Position numbers and translations under genes: made by a program. Below the pieces are notes generated by a model. It searched no databases. It was not told the DNA's origin and saw only the letters and a program-made list of their open reading frames with translations. From NCBI GenBank assembly GCA_965228475.1, contig OZ245817.1, forward strand, positions 384,001 to 448,000: a stretch of DNA of 64,000 nucleotides, read 5' to 3'. Positions 55,818 through 64,000 of this stretch are shown here, piece after piece; within the stretch, counting starts at the first letter, position 1; each line of letters begins with the position of its first letter. The DNA comes from Myxococcota bacterium (GTDB taxonomy: Bacteria; Myxococcota_A; UBA9160; JAFDDA01).

Positions 55818-56483
55818 TCAGCGCTGGCGGCACCGTCGGACGGCGAGGCCGGCGACACAGCTCGCGACGAGCAGCGCCGTGCCGGGCTCCGGAACGGGGG
55901 TCCCGCCGGAGCCGTAGATCGTGCCGCCGGGGCCGGAGAGGACGACGAACAGCTGCGAGGCGAGGTCGATCGTCTCGAACAGGAACTGATCCCAGGTGTC
56001 TCCGCCGAGCAGCTCGCCATCGGCAGCGGTGTAGAAGTTCAGCACGTCGTCGCCCGGGTCGAGCACGTTCGAGATGTCGCCGAAGATGTCCTGCCCGCTG
56101 TTGCCGTCGAAGTCGATCGACTCGGTGTCCCAGTTCGAGCCATCCAGGTTCGACGCGAAGTAGCACCAGCTGCTGTCGGAGTCGGAGCCGCAGCCGAAGC
56201 TGTCCCCGAAGCTCTCGATCCAGGCGATGCTGAAGGAGTTCGAGATGCCGAAGGCGATCAGCCCGTAGTCGGCGCTGTTGTTGGTGACGGTGTAGCGGCC
56301 GCCGCCGGGGATCGCGGTTTCGGTGAAGTAGACGGCTTCGTTCGCACCGTCGAGCACGGCGGGTGCGGAAACCGTGTTGCCGGCCGCGTCCTGGAAGACG
56401 AGTACGGCGTGGGCGGGAGCGTTCGCGAGGAGCAGCAGGGTGGCGGCGAGCAGGGCGGTCGCCGTCTTCGGCAGGCGGAGCAT
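55818..56483 (-). CDS. PEP-CTERM sorting-domain protein
   Basis: Signal peptide (..PAHA); VPEPGTALLVASCVAGLAVRRCRQR. Confidence 0.92.
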   Translation of the reverse strand: MLRLPKTATALLAATLLLLANAPAHAVLVFQDAAGNTVSAPAVLDGANEAVYFTETAIPGGGRYTVTNNSADYGLIAFGISNSFSIAWIESFGDSFGCGSDSDSSWCYFASNLDGSNWDTESIDFDGNSGQDIFGDISNVLDPGDDVLNFYTAADGELLGGDTWDQFLFETIDLASQLFVVLSGPGGTIYGSGGTPVPEPGTALLVASCVAGLAVRRCRQR

Positions 56484-56594
56484 CAGGGGGGTCCTTCCGG
56501 TCGGTTCCCGGCCGGGCCCTCGCAACCCATGGAGCCACTCTCAGGGCTGGACATAGAAAAGGAAGGTGCCCGACAGGCCCCTTCCCGTGGGGCG

Positions 56595-56623
56595 ATTCTG
56601 CTACGGAGCGCGGGGTGTGGCAA
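56595..56623 (-). promoter_or_regulatory. Sigma-70-type promoter TTGCCA-N17-CAGAAT
   Basis: Correct 17-bp spacing, about 110 bp upstream of the 56483 start. Confidence 0.5.
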
Positions 56624-56743
56624 GCCCTTCCGGGCCCCGTGCTCAACTTTGGCCCGAAGGAACCGCAGAGGAAAACCCCTGATCGAGAAGCGTTTTTCCG
56701 CGCGCCGTCCGGTCCGCTGCCGCCTCGCTTCCTGTCGCGCGCC

Positions 56744-58135
56744 TCACGGTGGTTCGACGAGGAAGACCTCGAGCTCGCCCTTCCCCTTGACCGGAACCGG
56801 GCCGAGCGAGGTGGCGGCAAACCGCCCTTCGATTGCCCGCCAGGCCTCGGCCGAGACCGCGATGCGGCCGTCGCGCGCGAGCCGCTCCATACGGGCCGCC
56901 GTGTTGACGGTATCGCCCCAGAGATCGAAGCTGAACTGGCGCTGACCCATGATGCCCGCGACGACGTCGCCGACGTGCACGCCGACGCGAACCTCCCAGG
57001 GTGGCTCCGCGCGGGCTCCCGCCGCCAACAGGTCGAAACCGCAGCGGACGGCGGCCTCCACCGGATTCGCGAGTGGGTCGAGCAAGCCGCCGGTCGCCAT
57101 GAACGCGTCGCCGATGGTCTTGATCTTCTGGAGCCCGTGGCGTTCCGCGGCTCGCTCGAAGGCCTCGATCATCCGGCTCAGGCCGTCGACGACTTCTTCG
57201 GGCGTGCGCTTGTCGCACCACGCCGTGAAGCCCGCCAGATCGCAGAAGAGGATGGAGACATCGCGGTGCCGCATCGGCCGCGCGCTTCCTTCGCGCGTGA
57301 GCTCCTCGACGATCGGATCGGGCAGGATGCGCCGCAGCAGCCGGTCGGTGCGCTCGTTCGCCTCCCGGATCTCGCGCTCGGCGGCGCGGGCCCAGGTGAC
57401 GTCGCGGTTGATGCTCTCGATGGCGACGGTCGCGCCGTCCGGGCCGAGGATCGGCGTGTCGCTGCACTCGATGATTCGCGTCGAGCCGTCCTTGTGCCGG
57501 ATCTCGAGGTCGTAGGGCGGAGGCGTCATCCCGGCGCGCTCCTGCGCGAGGATCTCGTCCGCCCGGGCGTTCATCGCGTGCTCCGTCAGGAACGTCTTGA
57601 AGCTCCCGCCGATCTCCTCGCTCGTGTAGCCGAGGATCGCTTCCACGGACGGGCTCACGTAGCTCACCACGCCGTCGGGTTCGAGGGTGGCGAAGAAGTA
57701 GGCGCCCCCGAGCGCTTCCACGACGCGCCGGAACTTCGCCTCGCTGGCCGCGAGGCGCTCCTCCGTTTCGCGTCGCTTCGTGACGTCCCGGATGACGCTC
57801 GCCACGTGGAGGCCGCCCTCCATCGCGAGGGGCATCATGTTGATCTCGACGGGGAACTCGCTCCCGTCCTTGCGCAGGGCCATGAGGTCGAGCCCCGCGC
57901 CGAGCCGCCCGCCCGGCTTCACCTGGCTCGTGTCCATGGCGTCGAGAAGGGGACGGAACCGCTCGGGGATGAGCAGGTGGATGGTGCGGCCGAGGACCTC
58001 GTCGGACCGCCAGCCGTAGAGCCTCTCCGCGAAGCCGTTGAAGAAGACGATCTCGCGCTTCGCGTCGACGACGATGAACGCGTCGGGTGCGCGTTGCACC
58101 ATCTCTTGAAAGAAGGCGTCGGACGGCTTCGCCAC
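56744..58135 (-). CDS. PAS-PAS class III adenylate cyclase
   Basis: APDAFIVVD..FFN..AERLYGW, RKDGSEFPVE, YVSPSVEAILGY; ILFCDLAGFT, KIKTIGDAFM, FDLWGDTVNTAARME (canonical K/D/N/R); TGgTATGAT-N6-GTG. Confidence 0.93.
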   Translation of the reverse strand: MAKPSDAFFQEMVQRAPDAFIVVDAKREIVFFNGFAERLYGWRSDEVLGRTIHLLIPERFRPLLDAMDTSQVKPGGRLGAGLDLMALRKDGSEFPVEINMMPLAMEGGLHVASVIRDVTKRRETEERLAASEAKFRRVVEALGGAYFFATLEPDGVVSYVSPSVEAILGYTSEEIGGSFKTFLTEHAMNARADEILAQERAGMTPPPYDLEIRHKDGSTRIIECSDTPILGPDGATVAIESINRDVTWARAAEREIREANERTDRLLRRILPDPIVEELTREGSARPMRHRDVSILFCDLAGFTAWCDKRTPEEVVDGLSRMIEAFERAAERHGLQKIKTIGDAFMATGGLLDPLANPVEAAVRCGFDLLAAGARAEPPWEVRVGVHVGDVVAGIMGQRQFSFDLWGDTVNTAARMERLARDGRIAVSAEAWRAIEGRFAATSLGPVPVKGKGELEVFLVEPP

Positions 58136-58197
58136 GGGGGGATCATACCAGCGCGGCCGGGAACGAATCCGCCGTTCGCCGCCCGGGCCCTCCGTGC

Positions 58198-59412
58198 TCA
58201 GCCCACCCGGACCGGCAGGCGCCCGGGGACCCGGAACAGCGAGCGGCCCCACTCGACGGTGTCGGACTCGAGCTCGAGCTTCTCGAACCGGCGCACGAGG
58301 CCGCCGATCGCCTCCTGTGCCTCCATGCGTGCGAGGTGATGCCCGAGGCACAGGTGCGCGCCGCCGCCGAACGAAAGGTGGGCGTTGTCCGGGCGCTCGA
58401 TCCAGAAGCGGCCCGGGTCTTCGAAGCGGCGCGGGTCGCGGTTGGCGGCGGCGAGCAGCAGCCAGACCTCCGCGTCGCGCGGCAGGACGTAGTCGCCGAT
58501 CCGCGCGTCCTCGTGCAGCACGCGCAGGGTCATCGAGATCGGCCCGTCGAAGCGCAGGCACTCCTCGACGGCCGGGCCGATGAGCTCCGGGTTCGCGCGC
58601 AGCCGCGCGAGCTCTTCGGGGTGGCGGATCAGCTGGCGGATGCCGTTGCCGATCAGCCCGATCGTGGTCTCGAAGCCCGCGATCAGCAGGCCGATGGCCT
58701 GGACGAGAAGTTCGCTCGGGGAGAGACGGTCGCCTTCCTCTTCGGCCCGGATGAGCTGCGAGAGCAGATCGTCCGAGAGCGCGCCGCGTCGCTCCGCGAT
58801 GCGTTCCTGGAAGTAGCCGGCCAGGTGGATGGCGGCCGCCCGGGCGCGCGCCTGGACGTCGGCCGGTGCGCGCTCCCCGGCGAGGCCGTGGGTGGCGTCG
58901 GCGGTCCAGACCGTGAAGCGCTCGCGGTCCTCCACGGGAACGCCGAGCATCTCGCAGATCAGCGTCGAAGGGACGGGCAGGGCGAGGTCGGCGATCACGT
59001 CCATGGAGCCGCCGCGGGATTCGACGGCGTCGAGCAGTTCGTCGACGAGCTTCCGCGCCCGCGGGCGCCAGCTCTCCGTGGCGCGCGGCGTGAAGGCCTT
59101 GCTCACGAGCTTGCGCAGCCGCGTGTGGTTCGGCGGATCCTGCTCGAGCATGAACTCGGCCGGGCCTTGCGCCTCCTCCACCGCCGGCAACCGTCCGTCC
59201 GTGGTGCGCACGCCCGCCGGAAGCTCCCGCAGCACGCGCACCACGTCGTCGTAGCGGCTGACGCGCCAGAAACCCATCGGCGTCAGGTGGACCGGCGCCT
59301 CCTCGCGCACGCGGTCGAAGATCGGATACGGATCCTGGAGCTCGCCATCGCTCTCGAGCCCCATCCCGTGCCACGCGGGCTCGGGCGTCGGAAGGGCGGG
59401 GGATTCGGACAT
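58198..59412 (-). CDS. Cytochrome P450
   Basis: DPPNHTRLRKLV, AGFETT, EECLR, AANRDP, HLSFGGGAHLCLG. Confidence 0.95.
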   Translation of the reverse strand: MSESPALPTPEPAWHGMGLESDGELQDPYPIFDRVREEAPVHLTPMGFWRVSRYDDVVRVLRELPAGVRTTDGRLPAVEEAQGPAEFMLEQDPPNHTRLRKLVSKAFTPRATESWRPRARKLVDELLDAVESRGGSMDVIADLALPVPSTLICEMLGVPVEDRERFTVWTADATHGLAGERAPADVQARARAAAIHLAGYFQERIAERRGALSDDLLSQLIRAEEEGDRLSPSELLVQAIGLLIAGFETTIGLIGNGIRQLIRHPEELARLRANPELIGPAVEECLRFDGPISMTLRVLHEDARIGDYVLPRDAEVWLLLAAANRDPRRFEDPGRFWIERPDNAHLSFGGGAHLCLGHHLARMEAQEAIGGLVRRFEKLELESDTVEWGRSLFRVPGRLPVRVG

Positions 59413-59483
59413 GGGGAGAGGGTAGCGGGTCGGCGGCGCGCGGCGTGTGCGACGGAGCGAGCCACTTTTCGTAGTCTCCTCTC

Positions 59484-59831
59484 ATGGCGTTTCGGACCGT
59501 TGCCCGCCTCGAGGACGTCCCGGCAGGACGTGGCCTGCGCGTCCAGGCCGACGGCATCGACGTCGGACTGTTTCGCGCCGAAGGGCGAATCTGGGCGATG
59601 GAGAACCGCTGCCCGCACCAGGGGAGGCCGCTCTCGGAGGGCTGCCTCGAAGGTCCGATCGTCCGCTGCCCGGCCCACGGCTGGGAGTTCGACGTACGGA
59701 CCGGCGAGCGGCCCGTCGACGCGGACGGCTTCCCGATCCCTTGCTTCCCGGTCGAGGTCCGGGGCGATGAGGTCCGCATCGATCTCGAGGCGCCGACGAA
59801 CCTGCGGCGGCGGAAAAGGGGGAATGAATGA
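59484..59831 (+). CDS. Rieske [2Fe-2S] ferredoxin
   Basis: NRCPHQG...RCPAHGWEFDVRTG. Confidence 0.93.
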   Translation: MAFRTVARLEDVPAGRGLRVQADGIDVGLFRAEGRIWAMENRCPHQGRPLSEGCLEGPIVRCPAHGWEFDVRTGERPVDADGFPIPCFPVEVRGDEVRIDLEAPTNLRRRKRGNE

Positions 59832-60379
59832 AGTCCGGGATCGTTCTCCCCATCGGCCTGGTCGCGGCGCTCGCCTGTGCTTCGCCTCGGGCCGAGACGG
59901 CGCACCTCGGCATCGAGATCCGGGGTAGCGAGCGATTCGTGCGCGAGACGCGGGAGGCATTGGATCTGCTTCGCACCCGGTGCCCCGCCGAGTTCGACAG
60001 CGTGCAGCGCTCGATCGGCCGGATCCGGGAGTCCCGGCGAAGCGGGATGGACGTGCATGCCTCTCCCCCGACCCTCGGGGTGAGCGAGCAGAGTTCGAGC
60101 TATTCGCCGACGTGGTACGCAAGCGTGATCGCGCACGACGCCCACCACGCCACCGCCTACTTCGACCATCTCTCCCGGAACGGACCCCCGGTGCCCGACG
60201 CCGTGTGGGTCGGAACGGAGGCGGAGGCCGCCGCGAACCGCTTCCAGTTGGGTGTGCTCGAAGCTCTCGGGGCCCCGCAGCACGAGATCGCCTACCTCGG
60301 TTCCCTCGACGGCTCACACCACGACGTCAACCGCGACGGCACCTACGACCAGCGGGACTACGACGCGCGCTCCTGGTAG
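59828..60379 (+). CDS. Hypothetical lipoprotein, zincin-like (HDAHH) with an EF-hand-like tail
   Basis: Lipobox ALAC; YASVIAHDAHH...EAEAAANRFQ; DVNRDGTYD; ATGA overlap with the ferredoxin gene. Confidence 0.6.
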   Translation: MKSGIVLPIGLVAALACASPRAETAHLGIEIRGSERFVRETREALDLLRTRCPAEFDSVQRSIGRIRESRRSGMDVHASPPTLGVSEQSSSYSPTWYASVIAHDAHHATAYFDHLSRNGPPVPDAVWVGTEAEAAANRFQLGVLEALGAPQHEIAYLGSLDGSHHDVNRDGTYDQRDYDARSW

Positions 60380-61641
60380 CTCTTGCCAGGCTCGGTCTCG
60401 ATCCGCCTGGCCACGCCCACCGCAGAGGCCGCCGCGCTTTCGAGCAGGGGGACGCCCGGGCGGGAGTAGGAGCCGCAGAGCCACAGCCGACGGTCCGGTT
60501 CCGCGTGCAGCGCCTCGATCCGGCGGACGGCCTCGGCGCTGCCCCGGTCGACGACGGGGCGATCGAAGGTGGCCTCGGCGAGGACGGTCTCGTCGGCGGG
60601 CTCGCGCAGCGGGTTCCACGTCTGGAAGGTCGGCGGCAGGCCCGGCTGGATCGGCAGCACGCGGTCGAGCCAGATCGTGGCCATCGGGCGGTCGGCGGCT
60701 TCGTCGACGAGGAAGTTCACCGGCGCCCAGGCGCGGCGGTCGGCGGGCGCGAGGGCCGGATCGCGGTGGACCAGCACCCGGCTGCGCTCGTAGCGGAACG
60801 CGGCCAGCGCTTCGCGCTCGGCGAGGCTCGCGTCGTCGAGCATCGCGAGTGCGCGGTTGGCCTGGGTGGCGAGCACGACGTGGTCGAAGGTGTCGCGGCT
60901 GTCGTCGTCGGCGGCGACGGTGACGCCCCGTGGTGTGCGCTGGATGCCCTGGATCGCGACGCCGCAGCGCGTCTTGGCCACGCGGCTCGAGAGGCGCTCC
61001 ACGACGTGGGCGGCGCTTCGGTCCGTGCGGCGCACGCCGTCGAGCAGCACGCCTCGGGTCAGGTAGCCGACGATCACGTCGGCCGGGTATTCGCGCACGC
61101 TCTCGTAGCTGCAGGTGCCGATGCCCGCGAAGGCCGGCAGCAGGAAGAGATCGACGAAGGGGCGCGAGTAGCCCTTGCGCGCGAGGTAGGCGGCGATCGT
61201 CTCGCGCTCGAGGCCCCCGCGGCGAAGATCGGCCGAGGCGGTCGCATAGAAGCGGGCGAGGTCGCCGACGATGCGCCACGACGTCGCGCCGAGCAGCTCG
61301 CGGCCGAACACGTAGGGCAGGGAGCGCGAGCCGATCCGCCAGTTGCGATAGCGGAAGTAGGTGTCGCCGCCGAGGCGCCCGAACGAGGAGGCGTAGTCGA
61401 CCGGGCGCGTCTCGATCCCGGCGTCGCGATAGAGCGCGACGAGGCTCGGGTAGTAGGCCTCGTAGATGACGCGGAGCGGGACGTCGACCCGGCGCGCGTG
61501 GTCGCCTTCGCCGATCTCGATGCCGTGGGCCGCCATGCCGAGGGAGGGCAGCCGTTCGTAGACGGTGACTTCGTGCTCGCGCCCCAGGTGCCAGGCCGAG
61601 GCGAGCCCGCCGATGCCGGTCCCGATGATCGCGATACGCAT
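60358..61641 (-). CDS. FAD-dependent oxidoreductase (COG2907/UfaD-like)
   Basis: IAIIGTGIGGL, VDVPLRVIY..YYPSL, FDHVVLATQA, LHRD-like VHRDP, WLCGSY...LLESA. Confidence 0.82.
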   Translation of the reverse strand: MRIAIIGTGIGGLASAWHLGREHEVTVYERLPSLGMAAHGIEIGEGDHARRVDVPLRVIYEAYYPSLVALYRDAGIETRPVDYASSFGRLGGDTYFRYRNWRIGSRSLPYVFGRELLGATSWRIVGDLARFYATASADLRRGGLERETIAAYLARKGYSRPFVDLFLLPAFAGIGTCSYESVREYPADVIVGYLTRGVLLDGVRRTDRSAAHVVERLSSRVAKTRCGVAIQGIQRTPRGVTVAADDDSRDTFDHVVLATQANRALAMLDDASLAEREALAAFRYERSRVLVHRDPALAPADRRAWAPVNFLVDEAADRPMATIWLDRVLPIQPGLPPTFQTWNPLREPADETVLAEATFDRPVVDRGSAEAVRRIEALHAEPDRRLWLCGSYSRPGVPLLESAAASAVGVARRIETEPGKSYQERAS

Positions 61642-61719
61642 TCACACCGAGGCTGCCCGGCAGGCCCCTCCCTGTCAAACGACCTGTCGGGCCCGCGGCG
61701 GATCGGGTACCTCGGCGCG

Positions 61720-62502
61720 ATGGACGCACTCGCGGTCGCACGCCACCTCCAGCCCGACGGGGCGAGCACCTGGGCCAACCTCGGCTTCTGGGGCGAGGCG
61801 CAGGAGGAGACGTCCTACCCGCGTGCGGCACGGGCGCTCGCCGAGGCGCTCGGACGGGCGGCGAACCTCGAGGGCGCCGAGGCCGTGCTCGACGTCGGGG
61901 TCGGAGCCGGCGACCAGCTCTCGGTGTGGGGCGAGGCGTTCGGCGTCGCACACGTCACGGCGCTCGAGCCCGAAGCGCGAGTGCACGCGGCCGCCCGGGC
62001 GCGGCTCGCCGCGGAAGGGATCGAGGGCGTCACCCTGAAGCACGCCGGTGCCGACGACGTCGCCGCACTGCCCGCCGCCGCCTTCGACCGCGTACTGGCG
62101 CTCGACTGCGCCTACCACTTCCCCTCGCGCGATCGCTTCTTCGCCGACGCCCGCGCCCGCCTTCGGCCCGGCGGTTGGCTCGGCCTGACCGATCTGGTCG
62201 CCGGGCCGCGCGCCGGCTTCGCGGCGAGCGCCCTGCGCAGCGTCTTCGGTGTTCGCCAAAGGCTCGACGACGTCGAGGCGTACCGTGCAAGGCTCGAGGC
62301 GGCGGGCTTCGGGGAGATCGCGATCACGAACTGGACCGCGCCGGTTCTCGGCGGCTTCGCACGCTGGGTCGCCAGGCATCCGCGCGCCTGGGCACGCCCG
62401 ATGAAGTCCGCCCTGGCCGTTGGCGCCACAGCCCTCGCGGCGCGCACGCTCGGCGGGTGGGGCGTCGTCGACTACATCGGCGTGGCCGCTAGGACTCGCT
62501 AG
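61720..62502 (+). CDS. Class I SAM-dependent methyltransferase
   Basis: WANLGFW, VLDVGVGAG, FDRVLALDCAYHF, LRPGG. Confidence 0.9.
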   Translation: MDALAVARHLQPDGASTWANLGFWGEAQEETSYPRAARALAEALGRAANLEGAEAVLDVGVGAGDQLSVWGEAFGVAHVTALEPEARVHAAARARLAAEGIEGVTLKHAGADDVAALPAAAFDRVLALDCAYHFPSRDRFFADARARLRPGGWLGLTDLVAGPRAGFAASALRSVFGVRQRLDDVEAYRARLEAAGFGEIAITNWTAPVLGGFARWVARHPRAWARPMKSALAVGATALAARTLGGWGVVDYIGVAARTR

Positions 62503-62615
62503 ACGCCCGTTCTCGGCGACACAACCCGCCTCGAGAAACCACTCAAAAGGTGCCGGGCCAGACCCTCGCGGTGTGGCCGGGCGCCAATCGTTGCCGCTGC
62601 TCTTGTCGAGGAATC

Positions 62616-63347
62616 ATGCCCCACGCCACCCTCTGGATCGCCCTGGCCCTCCTGCTGCTGGCCCCGCCCGTCGGCGCCGACACCATCGAAGCCACCGCGT
62701 CGACCAGCGGCTCGGCCACCTTCGTCTCCTACCTCTCCACGCCCGGCCCCGGCTTCTCCGTCCAGTTCGCCCCCTTGCCGGGCGTCATCAACGACGGCGT
62801 CGACACCACCGGCAGCGGAACGGGCAGCACCGGTGGGTTCGCGACCCACGACGCGGTCGACCCGAACGACGTGCAGCCGGGCGAGAGCATCTCCTGGGAG
62901 ACCTTCGCGATGGCATCGGCGGGCGCGGCCGTCGGAACGGCGGACGCCTTCTTCGACGTCGCGGGCGAGATCCTCTTCGTCAATTCCGACACGGCACCCG
63001 TCGACGTGCGGATCCGCTTCGACTACTCCGTGGCGGCCGACGCCACGGTCGATGGCCCGACGGCCTCGGGATTCACGTTCACCGACTTCCAGATCGTGAA
63101 CCCGGACGTGTCCGACTTCTTCGTCTTTGCGGAGTTCGGCGAGGCGTTCTCGGACAGCCTCGTGCTCGACCTCACCGTTCCCGCGGCGGATCAGAGCACG
63201 AACGGCGTGCTCGGCGTTCCCTTCTTCTCGGGTTCGACTCTGCAGCTGGCCGTCCCCGAGCCGCGGGCGCCGACGTTGCTCGCGATCGGGCTCGTCGGCC
63301 TGCTCGGCCCCGTGCGGCGACGGCTCGCCGCCATCATCGCGCGGTAG
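62616..63347 (+). CDS. PEP-CTERM sorting-domain protein
   Basis: GAGGA RBS; signal peptide; VPEPRAPTLLAIGLVGLLGPVRRR. Confidence 0.9.
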   Translation: MPHATLWIALALLLLAPPVGADTIEATASTSGSATFVSYLSTPGPGFSVQFAPLPGVINDGVDTTGSGTGSTGGFATHDAVDPNDVQPGESISWETFAMASAGAAVGTADAFFDVAGEILFVNSDTAPVDVRIRFDYSVAADATVDGPTASGFTFTDFQIVNPDVSDFFVFAEFGEAFSDSLVLDLTVPAADQSTNGVLGVPFFSGSTLQLAVPEPRAPTLLAIGLVGLLGPVRRRLAAIIAR

Positions 63348-63492
63348 ATCGGCCAGATCGGCGTCCGACCTCGGGTTGGCCCAGCCGAACGCGTGAGGGC
63401 GTCGCCTCCCTTCCGGCCTGCAGGCCAGAGCCTGCACCTTCGCTCCGGCCGCGTCGGATACAATCTGTGGTGTACGCGATGGGAGGTCCGCC

Positions 63493-63957
63493 ATGCGCGA
63501 GGACACCATGGACGAAGCGAAAATCGTGGACGAAGCGAACTCGGAGCAGCTCGAAGGCATCGACGGCTGGCTCATCTGGCCCGCGCTCTACCTGGTCGCC
63601 GTGCCCCTGTTCTGCCTGGGCGACCTGATCGATTCGCCGCTGCCGCGGCTCCGGCCCGAGGTGCTCGGCGGCAACGTCGCCCTCGTCGTGGCGTCCGTCG
63701 TAATGCTGGTGCTCTTCTACCAGAAGCGCAGCGTAGTGCCGGCCCTGATGGTCGGGTACTACGTGATGGTCGCGGCGGTGGCCGGGCTCGAGTACGCGGT
63801 GCTCGCGCTTCCGGCCGAGGACGTCGGCGCGGCCGTCGTCGCTGCCCACATCGACGAGGCACGCGGGGCGCTCGAATACACGGGCGCGACCGCCATCGTC
63901 TGGATCCCCTACTTCCTGGTCTCGAAGCGCGTCCGCAACACCTTCGTCGCAGGCTAG
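63493..63957 (+). CDS. DUF2569-like membrane protein
   Basis: EGIDGWLI N-terminus, LFYQKRSVVP, IWIPYF-like VWIPYFLVSKRVRNTFV C-terminus. Confidence 0.8.
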   Translation: MREDTMDEAKIVDEANSEQLEGIDGWLIWPALYLVAVPLFCLGDLIDSPLPRLRPEVLGGNVALVVASVVMLVLFYQKRSVVPALMVGYYVMVAAVAGLEYAVLALPAEDVGAAVVAAHIDEARGALEYTGATAIVWIPYFLVSKRVRNTFVAG

Positions 63958-64000
63958 ATCGGCGGAGAGCGCGTAGCCGCCCTTGCCTGGTTTCCGATGC

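Noticed and set aside
56744..60283. 1179-aa ORF as a long cyclase fusion
   Set aside because: The upstream part overlaps the P450, Rieske and lipoprotein genes in other frames; the real start is GTG 58135
62575..62596. Sigma-54 promoter before the last PEP-CTERM gene
   Set aside because: GG-to-GC spacing is 11-12 nt, not 10

Overview
A gene-dense, high-GC bacterial chromosomal segment with about 49 CDSs and no rRNA, tRNA, CRISPR array, integrase or transposase that I can recognise. Several PEP-CTERM proteins, sulfatases, P450s, STAND proteins and class III cyclases suggest an environmental diderm such as Myxococcota or a deltaproteobacteria-like lineage (inference only). Main content: (1) lipid/aromatic catabolism (ALDH, SDRs, a CYP153-like and a second P450, a sterol-desaturase-family enzyme, two sulfatases, a TfdB-like monooxygenase, a VOC protein, a crotonase); (2) a 3149-aa lipoprotein-anchored Rhs/YD protein with no evident immunity gene, linked to a 7TM histidine kinase/NarL regulator pair by a duplicated 16-bp operator; (3) two STAND ATPases, each adjacent to a member of the same Cys-capped secreted beta-helix family; (4) four PEP-CTERM genes. 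The best candidate for a new system is 29289-34775. It encodes a Zn-ribbon/kinase/STAND/TPR/class III cyclase protein whose kinase has a WNK-like relocated lysine and whose cyclase has charge-swapped (Glu/Lys) base-specificity residues. This gene abuts a FeeM/LuxI-like acyltransferase fused to a cNMP-binding domain. Operators for MarR, two TetRs and the NarL regulator, a sigma-54 promoter and at least nine leaderless-type promoters are visible in the DNA. All family calls come from motif recognition by eye; no searches were run.
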